Below, piece after piece: positions 9,012 to 17,854 of a DNA stretch of 53,717 bases. Source of the stretch: a virus (lineage: Duplodnaviria > Caudoviricetes); the IMG/VR virus record IMGVR_UViG_3300042997_001874, positions 1-53,717 of that record; one strand, given 5' to 3'. How positions within the stretch are numbered: position 1 is the stretch's first letter; every line of letters begins with the position of its first letter. The position numbers were made by a program, and so were the translations under genes. The notes beneath the pieces were generated by a model. The model worked only from the letters and a program-made list of their open reading frames with translations. It made no database searches and was not told the DNA's origin.

Positions 9012-12000
9012 GTGAATTAGTAAACATAACTCAAGTTAATGCGGTAGATTTTACCTATCAGGATTATTCATTACAAGATGAAACACTAATTTCTTCATTT
9101 GATGTTAGTTCTAGTTTTAAACAAAACGAGGATGTTGTTGAATTTTTCTTGTATGACTATAACTCTAATATTGTATTTTTAGATTACAATTTTACAGACT
9201 ATAGGGTAATAGACAATATTCTTACAATTAATCCCGAACAAGATGTTTTAAATTACGTTGGAGAAGATGGATTATATTACCTTACATACAACTTTTTATC
9301 TAATAGGCTTAATTCCTCAGTTAGTGATTCTTATTACATTAGGGAAATTTCAACAGATAGGACTGAATTAAGATTAGATTCAAATATTATTAGTAATTTA
9401 GATATAATAGCTAGTACTAATCTTTTTATTGATGAGATAAGGATTGCCCAATATAAGTTAGACTTTTATCTTAATTTTGGGGCCAATAATTTAGTTATAG
9501 CTAATAATATTTTATTAGACACTTCATTAATTGATGATCCTACAGTACTTATTAAACTTTACGAACCTTTACCTCAACAGTTTGGTTTAAAGGATGAATG
9601 TTGGGTTACTGTTGAAATTTCATCACCCCTAGCTTATGAAGCTACTTATGAAAATATAATTGAGTTTCAGGAGGACATTATTCAATTAAAAGGCCCTAAT
9701 GTTAATTTAAATATTAACGATCAAATTAATAACTCAACTGATTATTTAAGTCAAAATAATCTTAAAACTTCAGTTACCTCTAGTTACCAATACCAATTAA
9801 ATTCATATTTAGCTGGTAGGGGGTTAGAAATTAATGTAGATTATAATGATTTTAATAATTTTATATTTTTCTCTTCTGCTCAAAGACGTGTTGAGAATTT
9901 TTATTATAAACTACAATTAATTGAAGAATATCAGGTTAGCAGTAGTTTCTCAGGTGTTACCCCATCTAATACTTTTGCTTCATCTAGCCAAGATGTGTGG
10001 CAGTTAAAAATACAAGATATTTTAGATAATTTTGATCATTACGAATATTTTTTATATTATGAATCAGGTTCAGGGGCTTGGCCAAAAACCAATCCTGTAA
10101 CTGGTCCTCCCTACATAAATGTAGCTACTAACTCAACAACCGGATCGGCTTGGCTTAACGAATATTTAACTTCGGGTTCAGAGTATGATAATAATAATGA
10201 TAATTATCTTTATAACTCTATCCCTACTTATATAAGTCAGGATATTCAAAACGAGCCCTTAGAGCTGTTTGTAGATATGCTTGCTCAAAGCTTTGATGAC
10301 ACTTGGATTTATCTAAATGATGTTACCAATAAGTGGGATGCTGATAACCGTATCAATTATGGTGTCTCTAAAGATATAGTAGCAGATATTATTAGAGATT
10401 TAGGTGTTAAAATATATCAAAACAATTTTAGCGTAGCTAACTTATATGAAGCTTTTTTAGGATTTAATCCTTCAGGAAGTTATACATTCCCATATGATGC
10501 TACTGGGTCTCTTCCTGTTACTGCTGGGTCTGGTTTAGAATATGTTACTAATTATATTACCTCTTCTACCGATGCTGTTCCCCTAGATGACGTAAATAAA
10601 AGAATATATAAAAGAATTTATCATAATTTACCTTATTTACTTAAAACTAAGGGCACATTAACCGGTCTTAATGCTTTAATAGGACTTTATGGTATTCCTA
10701 ATACTATTTTAAGAGTAAATGAATTTGGTGGTAAAGATAAACTTAACGTAAATGATTGGGATTACTGGCAGAGAATATTTAATTATAGTTTAGATACAAG
10801 TACTGCAGCTAGTGCAGTTTCCTCTAGTTGGGCTTTAAATAGTGCTTGGGGTTCACCCAACAATGTCCCTGCTTCTTTACAATTTAGATTTAAACTGCCT
10901 TCTTCTGGTTCAACCGGAGCTGTTAATTTAGCGGTATCTAGACCTTCTCAAAGTCTTTGGTCTTTAGATAATGGTGCTAAAGTAGCTGTAGTTTTAGAAT
11001 ACACAGGATCGGGGTTTGCTTCTAGTTCATATTCAGGATCAATTACAGACCCGTATTATCAATACGGTACTCTAAAATTCACCGCGGATAGTGGTTCTAA
11101 CTCAGCAAGCGTTTATCTACCGTTTTTTAACGGAGATTGGTGGTCAGTAATGGTTACTCGTACTGGTTCAACCTTTAATTTATATGCTGCCGATAGCATA
11201 TATGATGGATTTGATGGGGCTGAGATTGGATATATAGCTTCTTCTTCCTTTACTAGTACTGCTAGTATAGCTAATTGGACCGGGAGTACTGTTTCATATT
11301 TTAGTGCCCCCTCTAATTCTATTAGTTTAGGAGCCAAAACTTATACTAAATTTACAGGTTCATACCAAGAAATAAGATATTATACAGTACCTCTAAACGT
11401 TGGTCCTTTCCAAGACTATGTAATGAATCCTCAATCAACAGAGGGTAATGGTGTAAACACTGCTCCTGATCAATTAGCATTTAGAGCTTCTTTAGGAGGT
11501 GAATTATATACTAGTTCAATTTCAATTCATCCTAAAGTAACGGGGTCATGGGTTGCAACTTCATCTTTTGCTTCTAATAGTAATTTCTTTATTAGTAGTA
11601 GTACTTCATTTGTAGTAAATAGAGGATATACTTTTTATGATCAACCTATAGCGGGTATTAGAAATGCTATATCTAATAAAGTTAAAACAGAGGATATTAT
11701 TTTACCCACAGGTGATACCTTATCGGCTTTTAGGTCAATTCAACAAACATCTCCCTTAAGTGGTAGCTACACCTCAAATGTTAACTATCTTGAAGTAGCA
11801 TTTTCTCCACAAAACGAGATAAACGAGGATATAATGGATCAAATAGGTTTTTTAAACCTAGGCGAATATATTGGCGACCCCCGACAAGTATCATCTTCAG
11901 CAGTTTCTTACCCAGACTTAGATGTTTTAAGAAATACATACTTTGAAAAGTATAAAAGTAATTATGATATCAATGATTACATAAGACTTATTAAATATTT

Positions 12001-14254
12001 TGATAATTCTTTATTTAAGATGATCAAGGATTTTGTCCCAGCTAGAGCAGGTTTAGCTTCGGGTATTGTTATTAAACAACATCTACTTGAAAGAAACAAA
12101 TACCCAGTACCCCAACTAACTCCTTCTGCCTCAATTGCTTTTGTTGGTAGTGGTTCTACCAATATTCCATATATTGTTGAAGACCAAACTCTTACTGGCT
12201 CTATTGATATGGCCTTTATAACGGGTAGTACAGGTGGTACTTTTAATCAGTTTAATGGTTTAACTAATAATTGGCAAGTAACCCAAAGTTGGACTGGGTT
12301 TACTCCTAGTCCCTTGGGTAATGTATACTTTACTCAATCAAACCAAGAAGAATTTTTTAATGGTGAGTTAAGCGGTTCGGATTTATTAGTAGAAAATGGT
12401 GAGTTAAATGAAGCTAACGTTTATAAAAATCCAAGTACAGTAAATGTTCAATTTGATGTTGAAGTATATACTGCTAACCAAGATCTTTCTACAAATACTA
12501 CTTCAGAAAATGCTTTTTTAGCTTTACAACCAGGTAGTGGAGAATTGTTTATTTATAATTTATATGATACTGTATTAGTACCTAATACTACCTATGGTAA
12601 TAAATGGATGTTAGTTAATAAACAAGATATTAATGGTTTAGATGTTACTACAAGTCTACAAGAAGTTTCTGTTATAACATTTACTACTTCAGTTAGTGGT
12701 GCTAAAACTTTTAACATAATATCTATTTCTGAAAGAGCTAATTATTTTATATTCCTATTATCTCCAGACGGGGTTAATACAGTCGTTTCCACCCAGGGTG
12801 AAAGTGCTGGTACTTTAGTAACAGTATTGGAACCATTCAATTCTATATTTTTTTATAATTCAGACGATAATCCCCTATTTAATAACGCACTTTTAGCTAA
12901 AGAAAGTACTCACTTTTTTGGTGTAGATTATAGTAATGGTGCTTTAATTCCCACTAACCAACAAGCTATTTTAAGTGGATCGGCGGTTCCAGCTGATGTA
13001 CAACAATATAACTGGTATTTAAAGCGTAGCACTTTACCACGCTATGATGGTTCTAGGCTATTTGCTCAAAACTATAATACTTGGAGTTTAGGAGACCAAT
13101 CATATGGTGAAGACCCTGTTATAAATTATAATGGAAATGTTGCCTTTGATGTTAATTTTGTAGGGGGTACTTATCCTGAGATGATTTTAGGTACCGCTCT
13201 TAATATTATTAGAGCCAATATCTTTACTTCAGTTTCTCAGAGTGTTATAATTGATCAGAACAACCCAGTACCATTTAATTTTATGATTGACCAATACTTA
13301 GGTTTTAGTCAATCCTCTCAAATTTTCTCAAATGATATGTCTCCTATTAAGGATAACAATATTCAAACTGTGAATGGTACTATAGGATGGCCTGGTAATT
13401 CTACTTATTTTATACCAGCTCAACAGAAATTTGGTGCAGGTTCCCCTTATAATTTTAGTGGTTCATGGGTTGATAGCACTAGAGGTGGTTTAGTATTTTA
13501 TGGTTCAGGATTCACTCCTGATGCAAATGCTCCTTTTATTTTAAAACAACAAGTAGTAGATGATGATGATAGATATGCTACTGGTTCTAATTTTGTTGCT
13601 ATAGCTTCGGCTTCATTTGAAATTAGTCAAAGTTTAAATGCTGGGGATAGATGGTATGTAACTTTATATACCCAATCAAACTATCCACTTCAAACGTTTG
13701 TTGAAGCAACTGAAACTGATCCTTTATTTCCGTTCAATAGTGGTTCAAACTATGACCATAGTGAAGAATTTAGTTTAGCTTCTCAAGGTGTTTATGAAAT
13801 TTATAATATAAACCTATTCCCTTCGGGTAGTGGTGGTTTTGGTAATGGTATGATAGGTGGTACTACAGCAAGTGTTTGGCAATTCAAAACTGGGTCGGGC
13901 TATCAGGTTCCAGAAACCAGGCCTTTAGGAATAGATGGACAGGGTAATGTTTCTACGGCAAAAAGTTTAGGAGCATTAGTATGGAAAGCTAACCCATTCC
14001 CCCAGCCTGTAATCTTTGAATACCGTTCAGATTATTTCCCTTCAGGAATTGGTGAACAAGGTGGATATGTCATTCCAGATGACTTTAGCAATGATTTAAA
14101 AGGATCACTATTTGCTTTACAAACTAGGGGGGTAGTCCCAAGTGTTAATTCCTCGGGGCAAGTAGTTAATACTGTTCCTACCTTAACCCAAGGTGGTAGT
14201 GGAAATCAAAATCCACCTGTTACTAATCCTAAACCTGTTCGTCGCGCATTCTAA
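9008..14254 (+). CDS. Large baseplate wedge/tail structural protein (gp7-like position)
   Basis: 1748 aa, S/T/G/N-rich; HNLPYLLKTKGT...LIGLYGIP resembles the tail-I/gp7-type wedge motif; lies downstream of gp6. Confidence 0.6.
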   Translation: MSELVNITQVNAVDFTYQDYSLQDETLISSFDVSSSFKQNEDVVEFFLYDYNSNIVFLDYNFTDYRVIDNILTINPEQDVLNYVGEDGLYYLTYNFLSNRLNSSVSDSYYIREISTDRTELRLDSNIISNLDIIASTNLFIDEIRIAQYKLDFYLNFGANNLVIANNILLDTSLIDDPTVLIKLYEPLPQQFGLKDECWVTVEISSPLAYEATYENIIEFQEDIIQLKGPNVNLNINDQINNSTDYLSQNNLKTSVTSSYQYQLNSYLAGRGLEINVDYNDFNNFIFFSSAQRRVENFYYKLQLIEEYQVSSSFSGVTPSNTFASSSQDVWQLKIQDILDNFDHYEYFLYYESGSGAWPKTNPVTGPPYINVATNSTTGSAWLNEYLTSGSEYDNNNDNYLYNSIPTYISQDIQNEPLELFVDMLAQSFDDTWIYLNDVTNKWDADNRINYGVSKDIVADIIRDLGVKIYQNNFSVANLYEAFLGFNPSGSYTFPYDATGSLPVTAGSGLEYVTNYITSSTDAVPLDDVNKRIYKRIYHNLPYLLKTKGTLTGLNALIGLYGIPNTILRVNEFGGKDKLNVNDWDYWQRIFNYSLDTSTAASAVSSSWALNSAWGSPNNVPASLQFRFKLPSSGSTGAVNLAVSRPSQSLWSLDNGAKVAVVLEYTGSGFASSSYSGSITDPYYQYGTLKFTADSGSNSASVYLPFFNGDWWSVMVTRTGSTFNLYAADSIYDGFDGAEIGYIASSSFTSTASIANWTGSTVSYFSAPSNSISLGAKTYTKFTGSYQEIRYYTVPLNVGPFQDYVMNPQSTEGNGVNTAPDQLAFRASLGGELYTSSISIHPKVTGSWVATSSFASNSNFFISSSTSFVVNRGYTFYDQPIAGIRNAISNKVKTEDIILPTGDTLSAFRSIQQTSPLSGSYTSNVNYLEVAFSPQNEINEDIMDQIGFLNLGEYIGDPRQVSSSAVSYPDLDVLRNTYFEKYKSNYDINDYIRLIKYFDNSLFKMIKDFVPARAGLASGIVIKQHLLERNKYPVPQLTPSASIAFVGSGSTNIPYIVEDQTLTGSIDMAFITGSTGGTFNQFNGLTNNWQVTQSWTGFTPSPLGNVYFTQSNQEEFFNGELSGSDLLVENGELNEANVYKNPSTVNVQFDVEVYTANQDLSTNTTSENAFLALQPGSGELFIYNLYDTVLVPNTTYGNKWMLVNKQDINGLDVTTSLQEVSVITFTTSVSGAKTFNIISISERANYFIFLLSPDGVNTVVSTQGESAGTLVTVLEPFNSIFFYNSDDNPLFNNALLAKESTHFFGVDYSNGALIPTNQQAILSGSAVPADVQQYNWYLKRSTLPRYDGSRLFAQNYNTWSLGDQSYGEDPVINYNGNVAFDVNFVGGTYPEMILGTALNIIRANIFTSVSQSVIIDQNNPVPFNFMIDQYLGFSQSSQIFSNDMSPIKDNNIQTVNGTIGWPGNSTYFIPAQQKFGAGSPYNFSGSWVDSTRGGLVFYGSGFTPDANAPFILKQQVVDDDDRYATGSNFVAIASASFEISQSLNAGDRWYVTLYTQSNYPLQTFVEATETDPLFPFNSGSNYDHSEEFSLASQGVYEIYNINLFPSGSGGFGNGMIGGTTASVWQFKTGSGYQVPETRPLGIDGQGNVSTAKSLGALVWKANPFPQPVIFEYRSDYFPSGIGEQGGYVIPDDFSNDLKGSLFALQTRGVVPSVNSSGQVVNTVPTLTQGGSGNQNPPVTNPKPVRRAF

Positions 14255-14352
14255 TTTTTTAATTTAAACTTGCCTCCCCAAGAAAAAATCATTACCTATA
14301 CGGATACTACTTAATATGCTTTTAAAATAAAATAACCACAAGTAATTAAGGG

Positions 14353-14378
14353 TAAGGTAAAAAATATATATTACCTTA
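14353..14378. repeat. Perfect 8-bp inverted repeat TAAGGTAA-N10-TTACCTTA in an intergenic region
   Basis: Read directly at 14353-14360 and 14371-14378. Confidence 0.6.
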
Positions 14379-14399
14379 TAAAAAATTAAAACTATAACA

Positions 14400-14407
14400 T
14401 ATTTATA
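14400..14407 (+). promoter_or_regulatory. Putative late promoter TATTTATA
   Basis: Recurrent octamer upstream of ATG 14428. Confidence 0.6.
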
Positions 14408-14427
14408 ATAAAATCTAGATTAAACAA

Positions 14428-15090
14428 ATGGGATATTTAAATAACTCAATAGTAACTGTTGATGCCATTTTAACCACTAAAGGCCGCCAATTACTAGCAC
14501 AGAATGATGGATCATTCAGAATTACTCAGTTTGCTTTAGCAGACGACGAAGTAGATTATACTTTATATAATCCTACTCAACCTTCAGGTTCTGCTTACTA
14601 TGGTGAAGCAATCCAAAACATGCCTTTGCTTGAAGCTTTTCCGCTTGAAACCCAAGTAATGAAATATAAATTAGTTACTTTACCTCGTGGTACAGCTAAA
14701 ATGCCTATCTTAGATCTAGGATATTCAGCTATTGTAATTAAGCAGGGAGCTAATTTAGCAATTACACCTCAAACACTCAACTATACTGGAGGTAACCAGG
14801 TTGAAACCGCTGGTTATACATTTACTATCTCAGACGTTAGATTGTTCTCAACATTTGAGGCAGTTGGTATTAATACCCCAACAGTCCAAGCATTAAACGT
14901 AACAAATGCTACAACAACATTAGGTACTTCAGTATCCAGAACAGTAGTAGGTACTACATTAAACATGAGAGCAACTACCATTAATACTTTATTTGGTTCA
15001 AATACTCAATTACAAGCCACTCTAACAGTTGAAGGTAGAGATTCGGGAGCACGTATCACTATTCCAGTAACAGTAACTAAAGTATCTTAA
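14428..15090 (+). CDS. Virion structural protein (baseplate/tail-fibre attachment type)
   Basis: DAILTTKGRQLLA...ITQFALADDEVDY resembles the N-terminal LTxxGRxxLA motif of tail-collar/wedge proteins. Confidence 0.55.
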   Translation: MGYLNNSIVTVDAILTTKGRQLLAQNDGSFRITQFALADDEVDYTLYNPTQPSGSAYYGEAIQNMPLLEAFPLETQVMKYKLVTLPRGTAKMPILDLGYSAIVIKQGANLAITPQTLNYTGGNQVETAGYTFTISDVRLFSTFEAVGINTPTVQALNVTNATTTLGTSVSRTVVGTTLNMRATTINTLFGSNTQLQATLTVEGRDSGARITIPVTVTKVS

Positions 15091-15092
15091 TT

Positions 15093-16121
15093 ATGTCATT
15101 TAAAAGATTAGACGCAGACGATTTTGTAATATCAACCGATTCCATTACCTCGGGTATGTGGGTTGGTGATGTTAACACACTAACAACTTTTTTTACTTCC
15201 TCTACTCAAGCCGCTGGTGCTTCAGGTGATTACTACCTAAACGTTTACTCTTCATCAGCAGCTACTGATATTCAATTTGCTATTGCGTATGCTAATGAGT
15301 ATGGTAGTGGATCTCTAGCTTATAATTCAGCAGTTGATGGTTATTCTCCATCAGGAACAATTTATGGTCAATACCAAAATCTTGTATTAGGAGATGTAGG
15401 TGAAGACTTTATATTTGGTAATATTACTAGTTCAGATTTCTTTGCTCTTTCAATTGAAAGAAGCAGATTTAAAGAAACTATTCTTCCAGGTTCCCTAACT
15501 TTAAAGGTAGCAGGTAGTACTAGAACACTTTCTTTAACAGATGATAGTGCTTATACCTCAACTATAACATTTACAGAAGCTGGTAGAGTATTTAACATCA
15601 TTTCAGGATCAGCAGGTACTAAAAACACCTCAGTAAACTCTTCAGGTTTTACCTCAGCATCAGGTTCATATGGTTGGTTATTACCTGATATTGGAACTAT
15701 CCTATTAAATAATGCGGCTTTATCCGCTCCAAGTGCTTCAGGTGGTGCTGGTTTTATATCCAGTGGTTCAGTTTCAGCTTCTCTTACACCTAACGTTACC
15801 CCAATGGCTTCATTATATTTAGCTATTTCGGGTTCAACTGCTAAAACATTCACTTTAAATTCTCAAGAATCTGTAACATCGGATTTTATATTTGTAAGAC
15901 CTAGAAGCTCAGAATTTAACTATTCAGAAAATCCATCATTTGTAACAGGTTCAACGGGTGAGGTATTATATAGCTCATTCATTAATAACCCACAAGTATA
16001 TATTACAACAATAGGTATGTACAATGATGCGAACGAATTATTAGCTGTGGCTAAGTTATCAAGACCCCTACTTAAAGACTTCACAAAAGAAGCTCTAATC
16101 CGCGTTAAGCTAGACTTCTAA
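15093..16121 (+). CDS. Virion structural protein (tail-collar/baseplate-like C-terminal domain)
   Basis: C-terminal EFNYSENPS...YITTIGMYNDANELLAVAKLSRP. Confidence 0.55.
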   Translation: MSFKRLDADDFVISTDSITSGMWVGDVNTLTTFFTSSTQAAGASGDYYLNVYSSSAATDIQFAIAYANEYGSGSLAYNSAVDGYSPSGTIYGQYQNLVLGDVGEDFIFGNITSSDFFALSIERSRFKETILPGSLTLKVAGSTRTLSLTDDSAYTSTITFTEAGRVFNIISGSAGTKNTSVNSSGFTSASGSYGWLLPDIGTILLNNAALSAPSASGGAGFISSGSVSASLTPNVTPMASLYLAISGSTAKTFTLNSQESVTSDFIFVRPRSSEFNYSENPSFVTGSTGEVLYSSFINNPQVYITTIGMYNDANELLAVAKLSRPLLKDFTKEALIRVKLDF

Positions 16122-16124
16122 TGA

Positions 16125-17375
16125 ATGAATGCCTACAAACAGTTTTTAACCTCTGATTTAATAGTATCCCCATTTGGGGTAAACAAGAGATTCTCTTTCA
16201 AACAGAGTGAATGGGGGAATAATGTTCAAATCGATAGATTTTTAGGTACTAGTGGTTCATTTTTAACTAACCAAACCACAACCGGTACTTTATCTACCGA
16301 ATACCAAGTACTAGTTTATAACTCAGTTAAAGAACTTTACTATTCAAACTTTTTAACACAAAGTTATGGAGATTCTCCTCAGGTAGGGTATATTGTACCT
16401 GGTGCTAATCCTGAAGGAGATGTATTAGTGGGTTCTTCTGATTCAACAGGCAGGTATTTTAATTATCTCCAATCAACTCTTACCGCCTCAAGGCATTTTC
16501 CAACGGGTTCAGGGGCTGAGGTAGCTGTTGTTTCTGTATCTTCTAAATTGTTTGGTAATTATATTCAACCCTATTCTTTTATATTTGATTATTCATCTAG
16601 TTTTAAAGCATATGATGACGGAGAAGGTAATCTTTACAACTCCGCTAGTTTTGCTTGGACACAAAGTGTAGGTATATTTAATCAAACCATAACCGCCTCT
16701 GCAAATTCAATAGTTAATCCCGGTGAAATTGATTTTGTTTCCCCCATTACCATACCCTCAGGTTATACTTTTGTATCAGCATCTTGGGCTAATGGGGATG
16801 TTGATACCCCTTTTAACGAAATATCAACAACTTTTGTACCGGTTATAAGTGCTAGTCAGGGTATATCAGTTAGTAGTAATAAATTATCTTCAGATCAGAG
16901 TATTATAGATTTTCAAGATAACGGAACAACATTCCCTTCAGATATTTATTTATATTTTGAATCTGGGTCGCTAGTCACAACTAGTGGAAGTATACCAGCT
17001 AACCAAAATGTGGGTAATATAATTTATACACATGGAATGGCGATTTTTACAAATCAAAATTTACCATTAAATAATATAACTACTTTAGTTAATACGACAT
17101 GCTCGTTTTCTTCTTCGCTTACAATTTACGAAACACAATACAAGTGTACTATTAGAGAAAACGAATTTAATTTTAGTTTAAATCCATCTTTACTTTCAGG
17201 TTCAAGTGACGGGACTGTTTATGGTTATGTAACAAGTTCATATTTTAACCCATTTGTTACTACTGTGGGATTATATGATGAGGCACAAAATCTATTAGCA
17301 GTAGGAAAATTGGCACAACCTCTCCCTACCTCCCCAACTACGGACACTACGATTTTAATTAATTTAGACCGATAA
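16125..17375 (+). CDS. Virion structural protein, C-terminal paralogue of 15093..16121
   Basis: C-terminal EFNFSLNPS...FVTTVGLYDEAQNLLAVGKLAQP. Confidence 0.55.
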   Translation: MNAYKQFLTSDLIVSPFGVNKRFSFKQSEWGNNVQIDRFLGTSGSFLTNQTTTGTLSTEYQVLVYNSVKELYYSNFLTQSYGDSPQVGYIVPGANPEGDVLVGSSDSTGRYFNYLQSTLTASRHFPTGSGAEVAVVSVSSKLFGNYIQPYSFIFDYSSSFKAYDDGEGNLYNSASFAWTQSVGIFNQTITASANSIVNPGEIDFVSPITIPSGYTFVSASWANGDVDTPFNEISTTFVPVISASQGISVSSNKLSSDQSIIDFQDNGTTFPSDIYLYFESGSLVTTSGSIPANQNVGNIIYTHGMAIFTNQNLPLNNITTLVNTTCSFSSSLTIYETQYKCTIRENEFNFSLNPSLLSGSSDGTVYGYVTSSYFNPFVTTVGLYDEAQNLLAVGKLAQPLPTSPTTDTTILINLDR

Positions 17376-17380
17376 ATTAT

Positions 17381-17824
17381 ATGTGGTTATATCAAGGTAA
17401 AGAGATTCTTTCTCTAGAGGATCTCCCCCAAAACACTTACGGTTTTATTTATATATCGATTCACCAACCCACAGGTAAATCCTATATTGGTAAAAAATCG
17501 TTATTTCATAATGTAAGAAAAAAACTTACTAAAAAACAACTTGTTGAACAAACCGGAAGGGGTAGAAAATCAACCACCGAAATTGTTCAAAAGGAAAGCG
17601 ATTGGAAATCATATTACGGCTCAGCTAAACCCATTTTAGACTTAATAAAAGAAGGCAAACAAGAAGAATTCACTCGTGAGATTTTACAGTTGGTTACCAA
17701 CAAGAAGTTATTAACTTACTACGAGTGCAAGTATTTATTTATGTTGGGAGTCATAGAACAACAAGACGGATATTTTAACGATAACATTCTCGGCAAGTTC
17801 TTCAGAAAAGACTTTACTGGGTGA
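17381..17824 (+). CDS. GIY-YIG endonuclease (single-domain, T4 EndoII/Seg-like)
   Basis: YGFIYI...SYIGKK, WKSYYGS, conserved E (YYECK) and N (YFNDNI). Confidence 0.75.
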   Translation: MWLYQGKEILSLEDLPQNTYGFIYISIHQPTGKSYIGKKSLFHNVRKKLTKKQLVEQTGRGRKSTTEIVQKESDWKSYYGSAKPILDLIKEGKQEEFTREILQLVTNKKLLTYYECKYLFMLGVIEQQDGYFNDNILGKFFRKDFTG

Positions 17825-17830
17825 TTAATA

Positions 17831-17838
17831 TATTTATA
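17831..17838 (+). promoter_or_regulatory. Putative late promoter TATTTATA
   Basis: Recurrent octamer upstream of ATG 17855. Confidence 0.6.
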
Positions 17839-17854
17839 ATAAATAATTTCTAAT

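Noticed and set aside
17381-17824. Mobile homing endonuclease or intron
   Set aside because: A single catalytic GIY-YIG domain with no NUMOD/HTH tail, and neither flanking gene is interrupted; more like a resident EndoII-type nuclease
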